Origin: a virus
Virus record (IMG/VR): IMGVR_UViG_3300016471_000517
Location: 1 to 64,000 of that record
Length of the DNA: 64,000 nucleotides
Strand: one strand, 5' to 3'
Position 1 is the stretch's first letter; each line of letters starts with the position of its first letter. Below, piece by piece: positions 52,905 to 62,361 of this stretch. A program made the translations under genes and the position numbers. The notes beneath the pieces are model-generated. The model did no database searches. It was given only the letters and a program-made list of their open reading frames with translations, and was not told the DNA's origin.

Positions 52905-53045
52905 CGGGCATTGAATCCTTTTTCCAAGGCCGATCAAGCCTTGGGAAGTATAGTACTAGCCCTTCGCGTTCTTCTGAGGTATTCGCGCCCCACCTCTGAT
53001 TACTGCGGGGTATCAGTTATCCCTAAGCAGCTTTATAGTCGATGC
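52905..53045 (-). ncRNA. putative structured leader RNA of tRNA-Tyr
   Basis: GC-richer ~140 nt after TTGACA/TATACT promoter; three stems and a possible pseudoknot. Confidence 0.45.
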
Positions 53046-53113
53046 ACTAGTATATATCACAATTGTTGTTTGTCAATAGTTGACTTTTATTTTTTGTGTA
53101 GTATATTTTTATC

Positions 53114-53287
53114 ATGTTCAAACACATCAAAAACAATTTCGTTCTTCGTGATTATTCTGAGAGAGTTCTTGCAATTTTAATGTCAGTCATGGCTGGCATC
53201 ATGGCACACATGGGAGAAACATGGTTTGCTATTGCAATTGTCTCTTTTGTATTGATTGATCCAAAATGGTTTAAGGATGTAAAATGA
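53114..53287 (+). CDS. small membrane protein
   Basis: Manual ORF MFKHIKNNFVLRDYSERVLAILMSV...; TTGACT promoter. Confidence 0.55.
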   Translation: MFKHIKNNFVLRDYSERVLAILMSVMAGIMAHMGETWFAIAIVSFVLIDPKWFKDVK

Positions 53288-53631
53288 AAAGAAAAACAAA
53301 AACCGTACCATTCATATTAAATGACTTTGATTTGGTATCATATCTTTTAGAGGATGCTGATGAAAAGTTTAATAAGTCTTTAGAAGAGATGCCTTTTACT
53401 TTACTTCTGCAAAATTATGCAGACTATTGTGAAGCAATCGGTACTCTTGTCAAGGAAAGAAAATCAAATAGCAAAGATCCGAGAATCACCAAACTTTATG
53501 AACGTAAGTATCTATTGGGAGAGAGACTTAAGTTGAAAATGTTTGACACTCAAGAAGAGGCAAATAGAGCAAATTATCATTACGATATGATTGCTGATGA
53601 ATATTGGCAATTGAAGAATAAATCAAAATAA
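53284..53631 (+). CDS. hypothetical protein
   Basis: ATGA overlap. Confidence 0.6.
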   Translation: MKRKTKTVPFILNDFDLVSYLLEDADEKFNKSLEEMPFTLLLQNYADYCEAIGTLVKERKSNSKDPRITKLYERKYLLGERLKLKMFDTQEEANRANYHYDMIADEYWQLKNKSK

Positions 53632-53647
53632 TTTGATTTAATTATTT

Positions 53648-54247
53648 TTATTCTTCTGGTGGTTGTGGATAACTTATATTACCAATTTTTCTATAATAAA
53701 TTTGTTGTGCCGAAAGTGTAGTGTTTCCGGGTAATATTTCATGTGCAAATGTAATTCCTGTTATAGCATTTGCGGTTGCACCACCACCAGCAGCAGTCAA
53801 AAATGAATTTGTGGTATATTTTAAATAAAACACTTCAAATCTATCACTCGAATTCCCACTATTAGGAGAGCTTGCAAAATTTACAGAACCGCTTGTTGTA
53901 TAATTCCAACCAATTTTTGGTTCATTTGATTGAAAATCTATAAAAAAACTTGGAGCAAAACAAGAAGCTACGGCATAATCTCCGAGATTAGGATCACCCC
54001 CATATAACGAATATTGGTATCTATTATTTAAATAAAGATAAGATAAATTGTTTGCTGTGGCTCCAGCCAATGAACCTCTTGAAAAATATGGTGTTTTGCT
54101 ATATAACTCTTCGGAATTGCCACTTGAAATCCAAAAAGATGCTCCCTCTATTGCTCCACCAGTATTTCCAAATTTTGGAAGACTTTTTGAATCAATATTA
54201 GATCTTAATTTTAATATTCCTGTTAATAATGTTGGTTGTGTTGGCAT
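53648..54247 (-). CDS. putative structural protein
   Basis: Late operon; GAT-rich. Confidence 0.6.
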   Translation of the reverse strand: MPTQPTLLTGILKLRSNIDSKSLPKFGNTGGAIEGASFWISSGNSEELYSKTPYFSRGSLAGATANNLSYLYLNNRYQYSLYGGDPNLGDYAVASCFAPSFFIDFQSNEPKIGWNYTTSGSVNFASSPNSGNSSDRFEVFYLKYTTNSFLTAAGGGATANAITGITFAHEILPGNTTLSAQQIYYRKIGNISYPQPPEE

Positions 54248-54253
54248 TTTACT

Positions 54254-55399
54254 TTACAATTGAGATTGTACCTCTGAAACTTTATTTATTAACTCTGTAA
54301 CTTTATTTTGAAATAAAATTAATCGTCCATTCATAGTCGGTCGTGTATCATTATTTAACGAATAAAAATAATAAGGCGATATATCGGTTTTTTCTGTTAA
54401 ATAATCCATCATTATATTTACTGTTCCGGCATGCATCGGTCCTGATACATTTCCTTTGTTATTAGAAAAGCCTGCACCAAATCCATGCATAACATTATAA
54501 AGTTTATTATTTTTTTTGTAAACTAAAATACCGGATGAATCTCCAACCCAAAATCTGCTATTAACTGGGCCTATTGCTGTCATATAAAAAGAAGCCACCG
54601 GATACCTTTCTGCAAATTGATCAAAATAAATAAATAAACTCACCTCAGTAATTGGACAAACAGTATCGCTGCCCCCTATGTAATATAAATTTTGTAAATT
54701 TGTTATTGTGTAGTTATGCGTAATTAGAGTTGTATAATTTAAATAATCTGTAATAGATATATTTTGATCTTTTAATATTGATAGAATTGACACCGATTGT
54801 ACAAATGGGGATGATGATTGTGGTGGATTTGAATTTGATCTAAATTTCATCAAACCAAAATCTTGTTCCATAGCATAATAAAATGTTGCTCCGTTTTGAA
54901 AACCTGGAATTTCTGGTGATCCTGCAAAATACTGTGGTTGAGCAAAATTTGGTGGATCAGAAACACAATTATAAATTCCTTCAAATTCTGTATAATAAGT
55001 GTAACCATCAAAATTTGGATGCCAATATGCCCAACCATAATTTGCAGTTAATCCTGTTTGTTTTACTATACTAGGAACAAGCGAAGGCAAGGAATCGCTG
55101 GGCTTACCAGCCATATAATGTATGCATCCAGAAAAATTTGTAGGAGATATTTTCCAAGAAAGTGGTATATTACAATTATAATAATTTGGCAATTCTGAAT
55201 CTGGTGTTCCGGGTGGTATTTGTCCACTCCAACTTATACCACCGTTTTCATATCTTCTACTTCTAAGCCCTATTGTTTTATAACTTTCTCGGGCATCATA
55301 CAATATACAATTTGTATTCAAACCAATCGGCATACCAGAATTTCCTGGTCCATATAAATATAAATCATGAAGTGTTGGGTTGTAAGATGGAAAATACAT
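54254..55399 (-). CDS. putative structural protein with degenerate trypsin-like GDSSG motif
   Basis: GCIHY..DFGL..GDSSG ordering resembles a His-Asp-Ser triad. Confidence 0.5.
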   Translation of the reverse strand: MYFPSYNPTLHDLYLYGPGNSGMPIGLNTNCILYDARESYKTIGLRSRRYENGGISWSGQIPPGTPDSELPNYYNCNIPLSWKISPTNFSGCIHYMAGKPSDSLPSLVPSIVKQTGLTANYGWAYWHPNFDGYTYYTEFEGIYNCVSDPPNFAQPQYFAGSPEIPGFQNGATFYYAMEQDFGLMKFRSNSNPPQSSSPFVQSVSILSILKDQNISITDYLNYTTLITHNYTITNLQNLYYIGGSDTVCPITEVSLFIYFDQFAERYPVASFYMTAIGPVNSRFWVGDSSGILVYKKNNKLYNVMHGFGAGFSNNKGNVSGPMHAGTVNIMMDYLTEKTDISPYYFYSLNNDTRPTMNGRLILFQNKVTELINKVSEVQSQL

Positions 55400-55400
55400 T

Positions 55401-56261
55401 TTAAAATATAGTCCACTGATTTCCATTTTCATCCACTGTAATCCCACCTATCGTATCAAAGTTGCTAGGATAAGCTTGATTTAAAACTGAGTCAATATCA
55501 TTGGCTGATTGTTCTACCAAAGCCAAAGCTTGCAATAAAGTAGCTTCTCTAGCAAAATCTAAATCTGCATCCATACCAGAAATATAAATTTCAACGTCTT
55601 TTCCTTTTCTTGATACACCTACACCCGGTCCGGTAAATATAATATTATTTACAGATTTTATTACATTTTCTTTATTTAAGCCATCATCATAAACTATTCC
55701 TACCGCACCGCCACCTACAGTTGCTGAAAGTTTAGAAACTGTTTGGTGAATTTCTTCAGTTTTCTTTTCTAAGTTTTCTGTTATTACTTTTGCATCAACA
55801 GTAAGTTTTCCATCTTTAAATGATAACGGTTTATCAATCTTTAAATAAGACCCAACTTCTTCACTTAAAGGAATTATTATTTCATTATCTTTTTGAACTT
55901 CTTTGTGCTTAAATATATTTTCCAATCGTCCAAGCAAATTTGGATCAACTGGCGTTGGCTCAAAATTAACAATTTCTGGTATTTTTTTACTTTCTTCCAA
56001 TATGTGGTTTATATGTGAAGAAACATCACCAGAATATGTTCTTTCTTCTGGTTTTGGTCGCAATAAATCATCCAAACCACGCAACAAGCCGTTATCTACT
56101 TTTTGAACATTTTTATTTATTTGTGGTGTTCTATTTCCCGCTATCGTTTTTAATATGTCTTCATTTAAAATATGAGTTTTTGAAATTTTTTGTTGTGGTA
56201 TCCCCTGTCTTTTACCACTCATTATATTCAAAATTTCATTTTTAATCGGATCTTTATTCAT
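55401..56261 (-). CDS. late hypothetical protein
   Basis: GGGAVGI..I.F.G.GV.V motif; TAAATA upstream. Confidence 0.6.
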   Translation of the reverse strand: MNKDPIKNEILNIMSGKRQGIPQQKISKTHILNEDILKTIAGNRTPQINKNVQKVDNGLLRGLDDLLRPKPEERTYSGDVSSHINHILEESKKIPEIVNFEPTPVDPNLLGRLENIFKHKEVQKDNEIIIPLSEEVGSYLKIDKPLSFKDGKLTVDAKVITENLEKKTEEIHQTVSKLSATVGGGAVGIVYDDGLNKENVIKSVNNIIFTGPGVGVSRKGKDVEIYISGMDADLDFAREATLLQALALVEQSANDIDSVLNQAYPSNFDTIGGITVDENGNQWTIF

Positions 56262-56308
56262 ACTATTATTTATCTTTACTTTTCAATTACTTGGGTTACA
56301 ATAAAAAA

Positions 56309-56485
56309 ATGAGCAAGAAAGAATTTGAAGAATACATTTACGAATACGGCCATGTCATGTATAGAATTGGAAGAATGGAAACGGATGATAATTCTTCTAC
56401 AAAAGAATATAATAACATGGTAAAGAAAAAAGAAGAACTCACCAAAATATTTGATGAGTTCTTCAAAACTTGTATTAAGTTTTAA
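56309..56485 (+). CDS. hypothetical protein
   Basis: TACAAT-5nt-ATG. Confidence 0.55.
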   Translation: MSKKEFEEYIYEYGHVMYRIGRMETDDNSSTKEYNNMVKKKEELTKIFDEFFKTCIKF

Positions 56486-57160
56486 TTAGCGAACTGTACG
56501 ACGAGGTCTGCGTTGTTGTGTTCTTGGGAGTGATTGATTTGGGGATTGAGCTTGTCCTGCAATTCCCCAATTTTGGAGAACTCCTTGATAATTACCACCA
56601 CCTTGTCCTCCCAATGCGAGACCAAGGTCTGCCCCGTCAACTACACCGTCACCATTGATATCACCGTTTACAAAACCTCCACCACCTTGGGTTGGTCTTT
56701 GAGTTTGGAAACTATTTGCTCCACCGATGTTCCCGGTTGGTCTCATTCCTCCACCGAAACCTCCACCGCCTTGGGTTGGTCTTGTTCCGGGGCCAGCAAA
56801 TTGATTTCCTTGATTACCTAGGCCGGTTCCGTACTGTGTGGAACGTTGCATTAGTGGGTTAGTGCCACCTTGTCCACCCAAGAGAATACCAAGATCTGCT
56901 CCGTCAACTACACCATCACGGTTGTAATCAAATTGTGATGAGCTTTGACCATAAGCAGCCAAGAGAGCTGCAAGCATTTGAGGATCGTATCCAGGATTTG
57001 TGGCTTCTGGACGACCAGCTTGTGCAAATGATTGTGCACTTGGAGCCATTGTGCCAGCTGTGATTGCTTCGTTGATCATTCTAACTTCTCTCTCAAGATG
57101 ATTAACTTGAGCTTGAAGTTGTTCTGATAAATTTTTGTAGTAGTTTGTGATGTAATTCAT
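56486..57160 (-). CDS. YYK-leader protein with two dockerin-type Ca-binding repeats
   Basis: DYNRDGVVDGADLGILLG and GDINGDGVVDGADLGLALG. Confidence 0.75.
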   Translation of the reverse strand: MNYITNYYKNLSEQLQAQVNHLEREVRMINEAITAGTMAPSAQSFAQAGRPEATNPGYDPQMLAALLAAYGQSSSQFDYNRDGVVDGADLGILLGGQGGTNPLMQRSTQYGTGLGNQGNQFAGPGTRPTQGGGGFGGGMRPTGNIGGANSFQTQRPTQGGGGFVNGDINGDGVVDGADLGLALGGQGGGNYQGVLQNWGIAGQAQSPNQSLPRTQQRRPRRTVR

Positions 57161-57191
57161 GAATTGTTCCTTAGTAATATTATTTATAATT

Positions 57192-57938
57192 TTATTTTTT
57201 TAACCAATTGTTGAGTAATTTTTCTCTTGTTGCCATTTTTAATTTTTTTGCAACTTCTGATCCCTTAGATTTTGTGCCCATAACTTTATCCACCGTATCC
57301 TGTAATTTTTTATTAAAAGCCAAATCTGGAACATATCTGCTATATGCGTCGGGCAATCCTTGTTGGTAAGGAGCAGTCATGTCTTGACCTGCAAACAAGC
57401 CAGCCTGAGCTAAAGATTGTTTTAAATTTTGGCTAACATAGTTGCTAACAGCTTGATTTAAATTTTTCCACCCAATTTTAACGTCTTGTTCAGGGTCATC
57501 TGTTTCTGGGATGCTGTCAGAATATTGAGCAATAAAATCTCTTGCTCTTGCAAATGTTGCATCATCCACACCAAATCCCATCCCAGACCCGATATTATTA
57601 GTGTAGTGCGGTTTATTGGGTACAACACGTATGTCGGTTCCTTGGACTATTCCCGGCTTTCCTTGGCCTTTTAAAGCAGACGCTGCTGCCCCTGAGTTCC
57701 ATGACATTGCATCGGATGCACCACCAATGTCAAGGTATGAATAAGTTCCGGCGACACCACCTGCATTGGGAACGGGAACTTTACCACTGCTTGTTGTTTG
57801 AGTTTTTTCAGATGGAGTAAAGAATCCATCAAGAACTTCTTCAAGTAGTTCTTGTTTTTGTTCTATTAATTTTTTAAGTTTAAAAATTTCAATTTCTAAC
57901 TCTTCTGAAAGAATTTTATAAGAGGATTCTTGTTTCAT
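57192..57938 (-). CDS. putative internal virion protein (degenerate YYK leader)
   Basis: SYKILSEELE coiled-coil leader. Confidence 0.6.
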   Translation of the reverse strand: MKQESSYKILSEELEIEIFKLKKLIEQKQELLEEVLDGFFTPSEKTQTTSSGKVPVPNAGGVAGTYSYLDIGGASDAMSWNSGAAASALKGQGKPGIVQGTDIRVVPNKPHYTNNIGSGMGFGVDDATFARARDFIAQYSDSIPETDDPEQDVKIGWKNLNQAVSNYVSQNLKQSLAQAGLFAGQDMTAPYQQGLPDAYSRYVPDLAFNKKLQDTVDKVMGTKSKGSEVAKKLKMATREKLLNNWLKK

Positions 57939-58141
57939 TTTAAACTTTCTCCAAATACAGATTTGAGTATTTCATCTATATTTGGAATGTTATTTCTTTG
58001 GAGCTGTCCGTAAAGTTGTTGAATGACTTCTTTTTTCCACTGATTTATACCGTACTCAGTTGGATTTTGTTTTCCTACAATTTGGTCCTCTATATTATAG
58101 AGATTACCTTCTTTTAAGGAATTATTTTTGTTTCTTTGCAC
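57935..58141 (-). CDS. hypothetical protein
   Basis: Overlaps neighbours in the operon; start uncertain. Confidence 0.45.
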   Translation of the reverse strand: MQRNKNNSLKEGNLYNIEDQIVGKQNPTEYGINQWKKEVIQQLYGQLQRNNIPNIDEILKSVFGESLK

Positions 58142-58445
58142 GGAGCTTCTTCAAAGTTAGAGCAAGGCGAGCACGCTTTCCGAGCTTTCCACCTTTTTCA
58201 GCAGCCTTTTCAAGCTTGCCTTCAGGAATCTTTTTTCCTTCTTTTACTTTGAGTGATTTTCTCAAAGCTCCTGGTTTTTTGATGGCACCTTGAATCCAGT
58301 TCTTTTTCTCGTTCAAAGCATAATCAAGAAGAACATTGTCATCTTCAAACAAATTTTCAATAATTTCGTCTGCGATTTCAAGTTCTTCTCTAAGAAGTTC
58401 AACTTGTGCGATTAATTGTCTTAATTGAAATAGTGTTGGGTCCAT
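58122..58445 (-). CDS. acidic-propeptide / basic-domain protein (putative DNA-binding core protein)
   Basis: Acidic N-half, LNE site, then WIQGAIKKPGALRKSL..RARLALTLKKL. Confidence 0.7.
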   Translation of the reverse strand: MDPTLFQLRQLIAQVELLREELEIADEIIENLFEDDNVLLDYALNEKKNWIQGAIKKPGALRKSLKVKEGKKIPEGKLEKAAEKGGKLGKRARLALTLKKLRAKKQK

Positions 58446-58478
58446 GAAAGTATTTATATTTTTCTAAATATTTCTAAC

Positions 58479-58721
58479 ATGTATGACATTTATCTAAACG
58501 GATCAACATTAGCTACAGGATCAACAAAATTTCCAAAACATAAAGGTGTTTTGGCCATAGCCAACTCAGCTGGAAATGGTTTAACCGGTTGGTTCATAAA
58601 CCAACAAGGAAACACAATTTCCGTTCCATTTTATTTACCAGCTGGACCAACAATTCTACCACATCAATTTTATTCTATAACAGCTTTGAATACCGGTGTT
58701 ACAGCTTTTTTGCTAAATTAA
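58479..58721 (+). CDS. late hypothetical protein
   Basis: TAAATA upstream. Confidence 0.6.
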   Translation: MYDIYLNGSTLATGSTKFPKHKGVLAIANSAGNGLTGWFINQQGNTISVPFYLPAGPTILPHQFYSITALNTGVTAFLLN

Positions 58722-58722
58722 T

Positions 58723-58929
58723 ATGCAAAAAAATCATCGGTGTCTTGTGACCAATCAAAGGTTAGATCCCGGAGATTGGTATTGGTACTCATGGGAAATG
58801 GAAGCTCCCATATCTGCTGCTGGCATGGCAGAACTGGAACAAAGAAGATTTGATCCAGATGATGAATTTGCTAAAATTATTTGGGAAGAATGGGTCTGGT
58901 CTAAAGAAATAGGCCAACCAGACCTTTAA
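58723..58929 (+). CDS. hypothetical protein
   Basis: Trp-rich ORF in the operon. Confidence 0.55.
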   Translation: MQKNHRCLVTNQRLDPGDWYWYSWEMEAPISAAGMAELEQRRFDPDDEFAKIIWEEWVWSKEIGQPDL

Positions 58930-61173
58930 TTATCTTATAATTTTCATTCTTCTTATTTCTTCTGGTGTCCATTCTTCATCGGGAAGTTTCAAAGGAGCGT
59001 TCATAGTTCCTTCATTATCTGGTTCAAGATCTTTTGGTCTTCTTGATGTTGTTGCGAACATCGGTCTTCCCAACATTCTATCTCTCAATGGATCAAGCAC
59101 ATCTGCATATCGAGTCATTGGATTGATAAATCTTGGATCCTCCTTACCAGTGTAAGGTCTAACATTTCCAGGAGCATTTACAATTCTCATATTTGAGATA
59201 TCAATGTTTGGAGCTTGTGGTCTGGAAGAAATTTCCGGTTTTGTTGAACCAAATTTTGTAAATTTTCTACCCAAAACTCTATCCAAATATTGACCAACAT
59301 TTCCTGGAAGTTCTGATTTTGTATTTACAGTTGAGCCGCCACCCATTTCTGATTGTATAATTCCAGTTTCTATTTCTGGTCCATATTCATTCGCTTCCTT
59401 TGCCGCTTGTTCATCTTTATCAAGCAACTGATTTAACATTTTGGAAACTCTATTTAAATATGCTGTTTCTGCTGGTGTATTTCCACTTTGATCTTCACTA
59501 AATCTATTTACTTTTTTACCACCAATTCCCAAAAATCCACCTTCAGTTTTTTGTCTTCCACCCATAAATTTAGCAGTTTCTCCCCTAGCTAGAGCAGTTG
59601 CTGCCATAAACAATTTTTCTTTTTCTGAAAGTTTATTCCATTCTTCGGATTCAGGGACTACATAGCCTTTAAATTGAGGTGTGTCGGGAGTAATTTTTAT
59701 TTGTTGAATCTGATCTGTCTCTGCCTTTGTCTCTGTATCTGTTTCTGGAAAAATTGGGAATTGACCTCTTTCCTGGTCTGGAATTGGAACGGCGCCAGGA
59801 ACATCAGTGGTTCCATAAAGTTTTTCCCGCATCGCATTTGGAGTTGTTTGGGCTAAATTCTTTTTAATAAAATCAGATACTTTTGGTCCAACGGAAGATA
59901 TTACATTTTCAGCAGCTTTATTTAAAGTTTGTCTGAAAGGAATCCCACCCTCTTGTTTTGGAAAAATTGGGAATTGACCTCTTTCTACAGCAAAAGGATC
60001 TGGAACATATTTCCCCATTCCAGGTGGTTCGTTTATTACACGACTTCCATCTGTATCCAAGTCATATTGGAGAGCATCCATGTAATCCTGTCTTGCATTT
60101 GAATCTTTTTTTTCCGGTTCCTGTTCTCTTCGAACTATTTCTTGAGCTTGTCGGTTTATCTCGTCATCCTGTGCGGCCAGTTCTCTGTCAATTCTTTCAG
60201 CTGATTGCCTTTGAGCTGTTCTTTCTCTTGATCCTGGAGTTGTTCTTGCTAGTTGACCTGTCTCGGTGTCATACCAAGCATCACTAGTTCCAAATTTTGG
60301 AATGTCCGTGGGTCTTTGACGCATTGTATAGAATTGTGCACTATTTTGTGCTGGCACTTCACCGGGCCCTGAAGTGGCTGACCAATTTGGTGCTCCTCTG
60401 GAAGCTAAATCAAAAAATATTCTTTGGTCTTCTCTGTTAAGAGCATCGTAATCACGACCTGTTGCAGTCTTAAAATCACCATGAGTAACTTGATATACTG
60501 GACTTATTCTTGAACCTGCTTTTCTTTCTTTTCTTTCAGTATCTACCGCTGCTGATTTTTCTCTTGACAAAACAAAAGCTGTTTCAATTTCTTCTGGTGA
60601 AAATTTTTTGCCTCGGGGATTGAGTTTAGAGCCACTAGTTTGAGTTTCAAATGCTTTTTTTGCGGCGTCATATGCTTCTTGTTCTGCTCCCGGTTTTGGA
60701 GTTGTTTTAAACATTCCAAGAGGAAGATTTGATAATTGTGTTCCAGATGCAACTCTCTGTCTTCCTTGAGCTAATTTTTTACTTTCTTCAGCTTTAATTC
60801 TTCCGTAACCACTTTGCGAGAGTTGATTTTCAAGTTCTGCAATTTTAGATTCAACACCCGGATCCACTCCAGCTCCTTGGGCTTGTCTTGCAGCAACTCT
60901 TCTCATTCTGTTTAAAGTTTCTTGAGCATCTTTTTGTCTTGCCTTTACCATTCCACCCAATCTTTGATCAGTATAAGAAGAATAATCGGGTTGATATGCC
61001 GGAGTTGGATTTCCGGTATTATATCCAATAGATCCACCTGTAGTTCCACTTGGAAACATTGGTCTCATATTAGGTGAACCAAAATAACCAGGCGTCCCAT
61101 ATCCTGTTCCAGGAGCATCAAAGGGAGTATCTTCAATGATATAAGAAACTAAAAAATCAGAAATTTTTTTCAT
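58930..61173 (-). CDS. 747-aa low-complexity putative internal/ejected protein
   Basis: MKKISDFLVSYIIE leader; internal repeat ERGQFPIFP x2. Confidence 0.65.
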   Translation of the reverse strand: MKKISDFLVSYIIEDTPFDAPGTGYGTPGYFGSPNMRPMFPSGTTGGSIGYNTGNPTPAYQPDYSSYTDQRLGGMVKARQKDAQETLNRMRRVAARQAQGAGVDPGVESKIAELENQLSQSGYGRIKAEESKKLAQGRQRVASGTQLSNLPLGMFKTTPKPGAEQEAYDAAKKAFETQTSGSKLNPRGKKFSPEEIETAFVLSREKSAAVDTERKERKAGSRISPVYQVTHGDFKTATGRDYDALNREDQRIFFDLASRGAPNWSATSGPGEVPAQNSAQFYTMRQRPTDIPKFGTSDAWYDTETGQLARTTPGSRERTAQRQSAERIDRELAAQDDEINRQAQEIVRREQEPEKKDSNARQDYMDALQYDLDTDGSRVINEPPGMGKYVPDPFAVERGQFPIFPKQEGGIPFRQTLNKAAENVISSVGPKVSDFIKKNLAQTTPNAMREKLYGTTDVPGAVPIPDQERGQFPIFPETDTETKAETDQIQQIKITPDTPQFKGYVVPESEEWNKLSEKEKLFMAATALARGETAKFMGGRQKTEGGFLGIGGKKVNRFSEDQSGNTPAETAYLNRVSKMLNQLLDKDEQAAKEANEYGPEIETGIIQSEMGGGSTVNTKSELPGNVGQYLDRVLGRKFTKFGSTKPEISSRPQAPNIDISNMRIVNAPGNVRPYTGKEDPRFINPMTRYADVLDPLRDRMLGRPMFATTSRRPKDLEPDNEGTMNAPLKLPDEEWTPEEIRRMKIIR

Positions 61174-61175
61174 TT

Positions 61176-61901
61176 TTATTTCTTTCCTCGGAGCATTCGA
61201 TCAATTATAGATTCTATATTTTCTTCTCTTGCTTCCCTACCAGCTTCATACTCTTGCTCCGAAGCAGCTTGTCTGGCTGCGATTCTTGCAGCTCTGCTAG
61301 CTTCTTTATAAGACTGTCTCGCATGCTCTGATCGGGCTTGTGCGGCCAAAGAATAAGTTGGAAGTGGACTTGAAGGATCGCCTATTCCGGGATCGGCCAT
61401 TTCACCGTCTTCCGCATCCATTTCAACTTCATTTGCATTGCCTACAGGAGCAGCATCAACTGGTCCCATTGCTCTGGCTCTTTGAGCCGATAATTCTGCT
61501 CTTTTCATTCTTGCTATTTGGGCATAAACACCAGGATCACCGCCAGCCAAAGAAACTGAAGTTGGTGTAACCTTCTCATAACCTGGAACACCGCCCTGCA
61601 TCTTGTTTTGAATTTCTGCGGCCATTGCTGCTTTCAAAGAACCTTCTCTTGCAGCATCTACTTGTTTACCACTCTCCCCATAAATTGGAAGAACATCATC
61701 ACCTTGCATAGTTCTTGGTGCTGGTGGTTGCATTTGCCCAGAAAGAGCAGCTTGTCTTTGTGGATCTGTAATTCTTCTTGCTTTTTGTTCATTTAGTTGA
61801 ACTCTTTGAGTATAAATTTTTGACTCAGAGAGCAATTTTGCTTTCATGGCAGCTGAATTTAATTCATGGATCCATGAATAACTATTAATTTTCTTTTTCA
61901 T
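61176..61901 (-). CDS. putative internal virion protein
   Basis: TAAATA upstream; LSE/LNE sites. Confidence 0.65.
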   Translation of the reverse strand: MKKKINSYSWIHELNSAAMKAKLLSESKIYTQRVQLNEQKARRITDPQRQAALSGQMQPPAPRTMQGDDVLPIYGESGKQVDAAREGSLKAAMAAEIQNKMQGGVPGYEKVTPTSVSLAGGDPGVYAQIARMKRAELSAQRARAMGPVDAAPVGNANEVEMDAEDGEMADPGIGDPSSPLPTYSLAAQARSEHARQSYKEASRAARIAARQAASEQEYEAGREAREENIESIIDRMLRGKK

Positions 61902-61950
61902 AAAAATATTTAGATTTGACTTAACTTTAAAAAGGATTATAATTAGATAT

Positions 61951-62073
61951 ATGGATTTAAATGGACAAGCAGGAAAGGGTGATACTTATCGCCCGGTAGA
62001 TTATAAAGTTTGGTGTAAAAATTTTGATGCAATTTTTAATAAGAAAAAACCAAAAAAGAAGAAGAAAAAATAA
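61951..62073 (+). CDS. small basic protein (GKG..RP..NFD.IF family)
   Basis: Manual ORF MDLNGQAGKGDTYRPVDYKVWCKNFDAIF; TTGACT/TATAAT promoter. Confidence 0.65.
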   Translation: MDLNGQAGKGDTYRPVDYKVWCKNFDAIFNKKKPKKKKKK

Positions 62074-62078
62074 AATTT

Positions 62079-62150
62079 GCGGGTGTAACTCAATGGCAGA
62101 GTGCAAGCCTTCCAAGCTTGATGTTGAGGGTTCGACCCCCTTCACCCGCT
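62079..62150 (+). tRNA. tRNA-Gly(UCC)
   Basis: GCGGGTG/CACCCGC acceptor; CAAGC-CTTCCAA-GCTTG arm. Confidence 0.95.
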
Positions 62151-62187
62151 TTCTTGACAAACAATAAACACGGTGTATAATATAACC

Positions 62188-62361
62188 ATGCCTAATTCAA
62201 AACAACGTATTACTGCTCGTACTCACAAAAAGCGCAAGAATAGGATTGCTCGTCAACGTGCCGAGAGTCTTATGAATGCAAAGGTTGGCACTCTTCGTAA
62301 GCTTGACGAGATTGGCCAACTTCCTAAGTCTGTCAAGCTTTCAAGGTTGCCAAATGGCTAA
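62188..62361 (+). CDS. small basic protein
   Basis: TTGACA/TATAAT-6nt-ATG. Confidence 0.65.
   Translation: MPNSKQRITARTHKKRKNRIARQRAESLMNAKVGTLRKLDEIGQLPKSVKLSRLPNG

Noticed and set aside
30822-52937. ORF-track N-terminal extensions running through tRNA genes (30822, 31129, 31547, 45122, 45742, 52068, 52937)
   Set aside because: They overlap clear tRNA or tmRNA structures; true starts were placed downstream or the ORFs discarded
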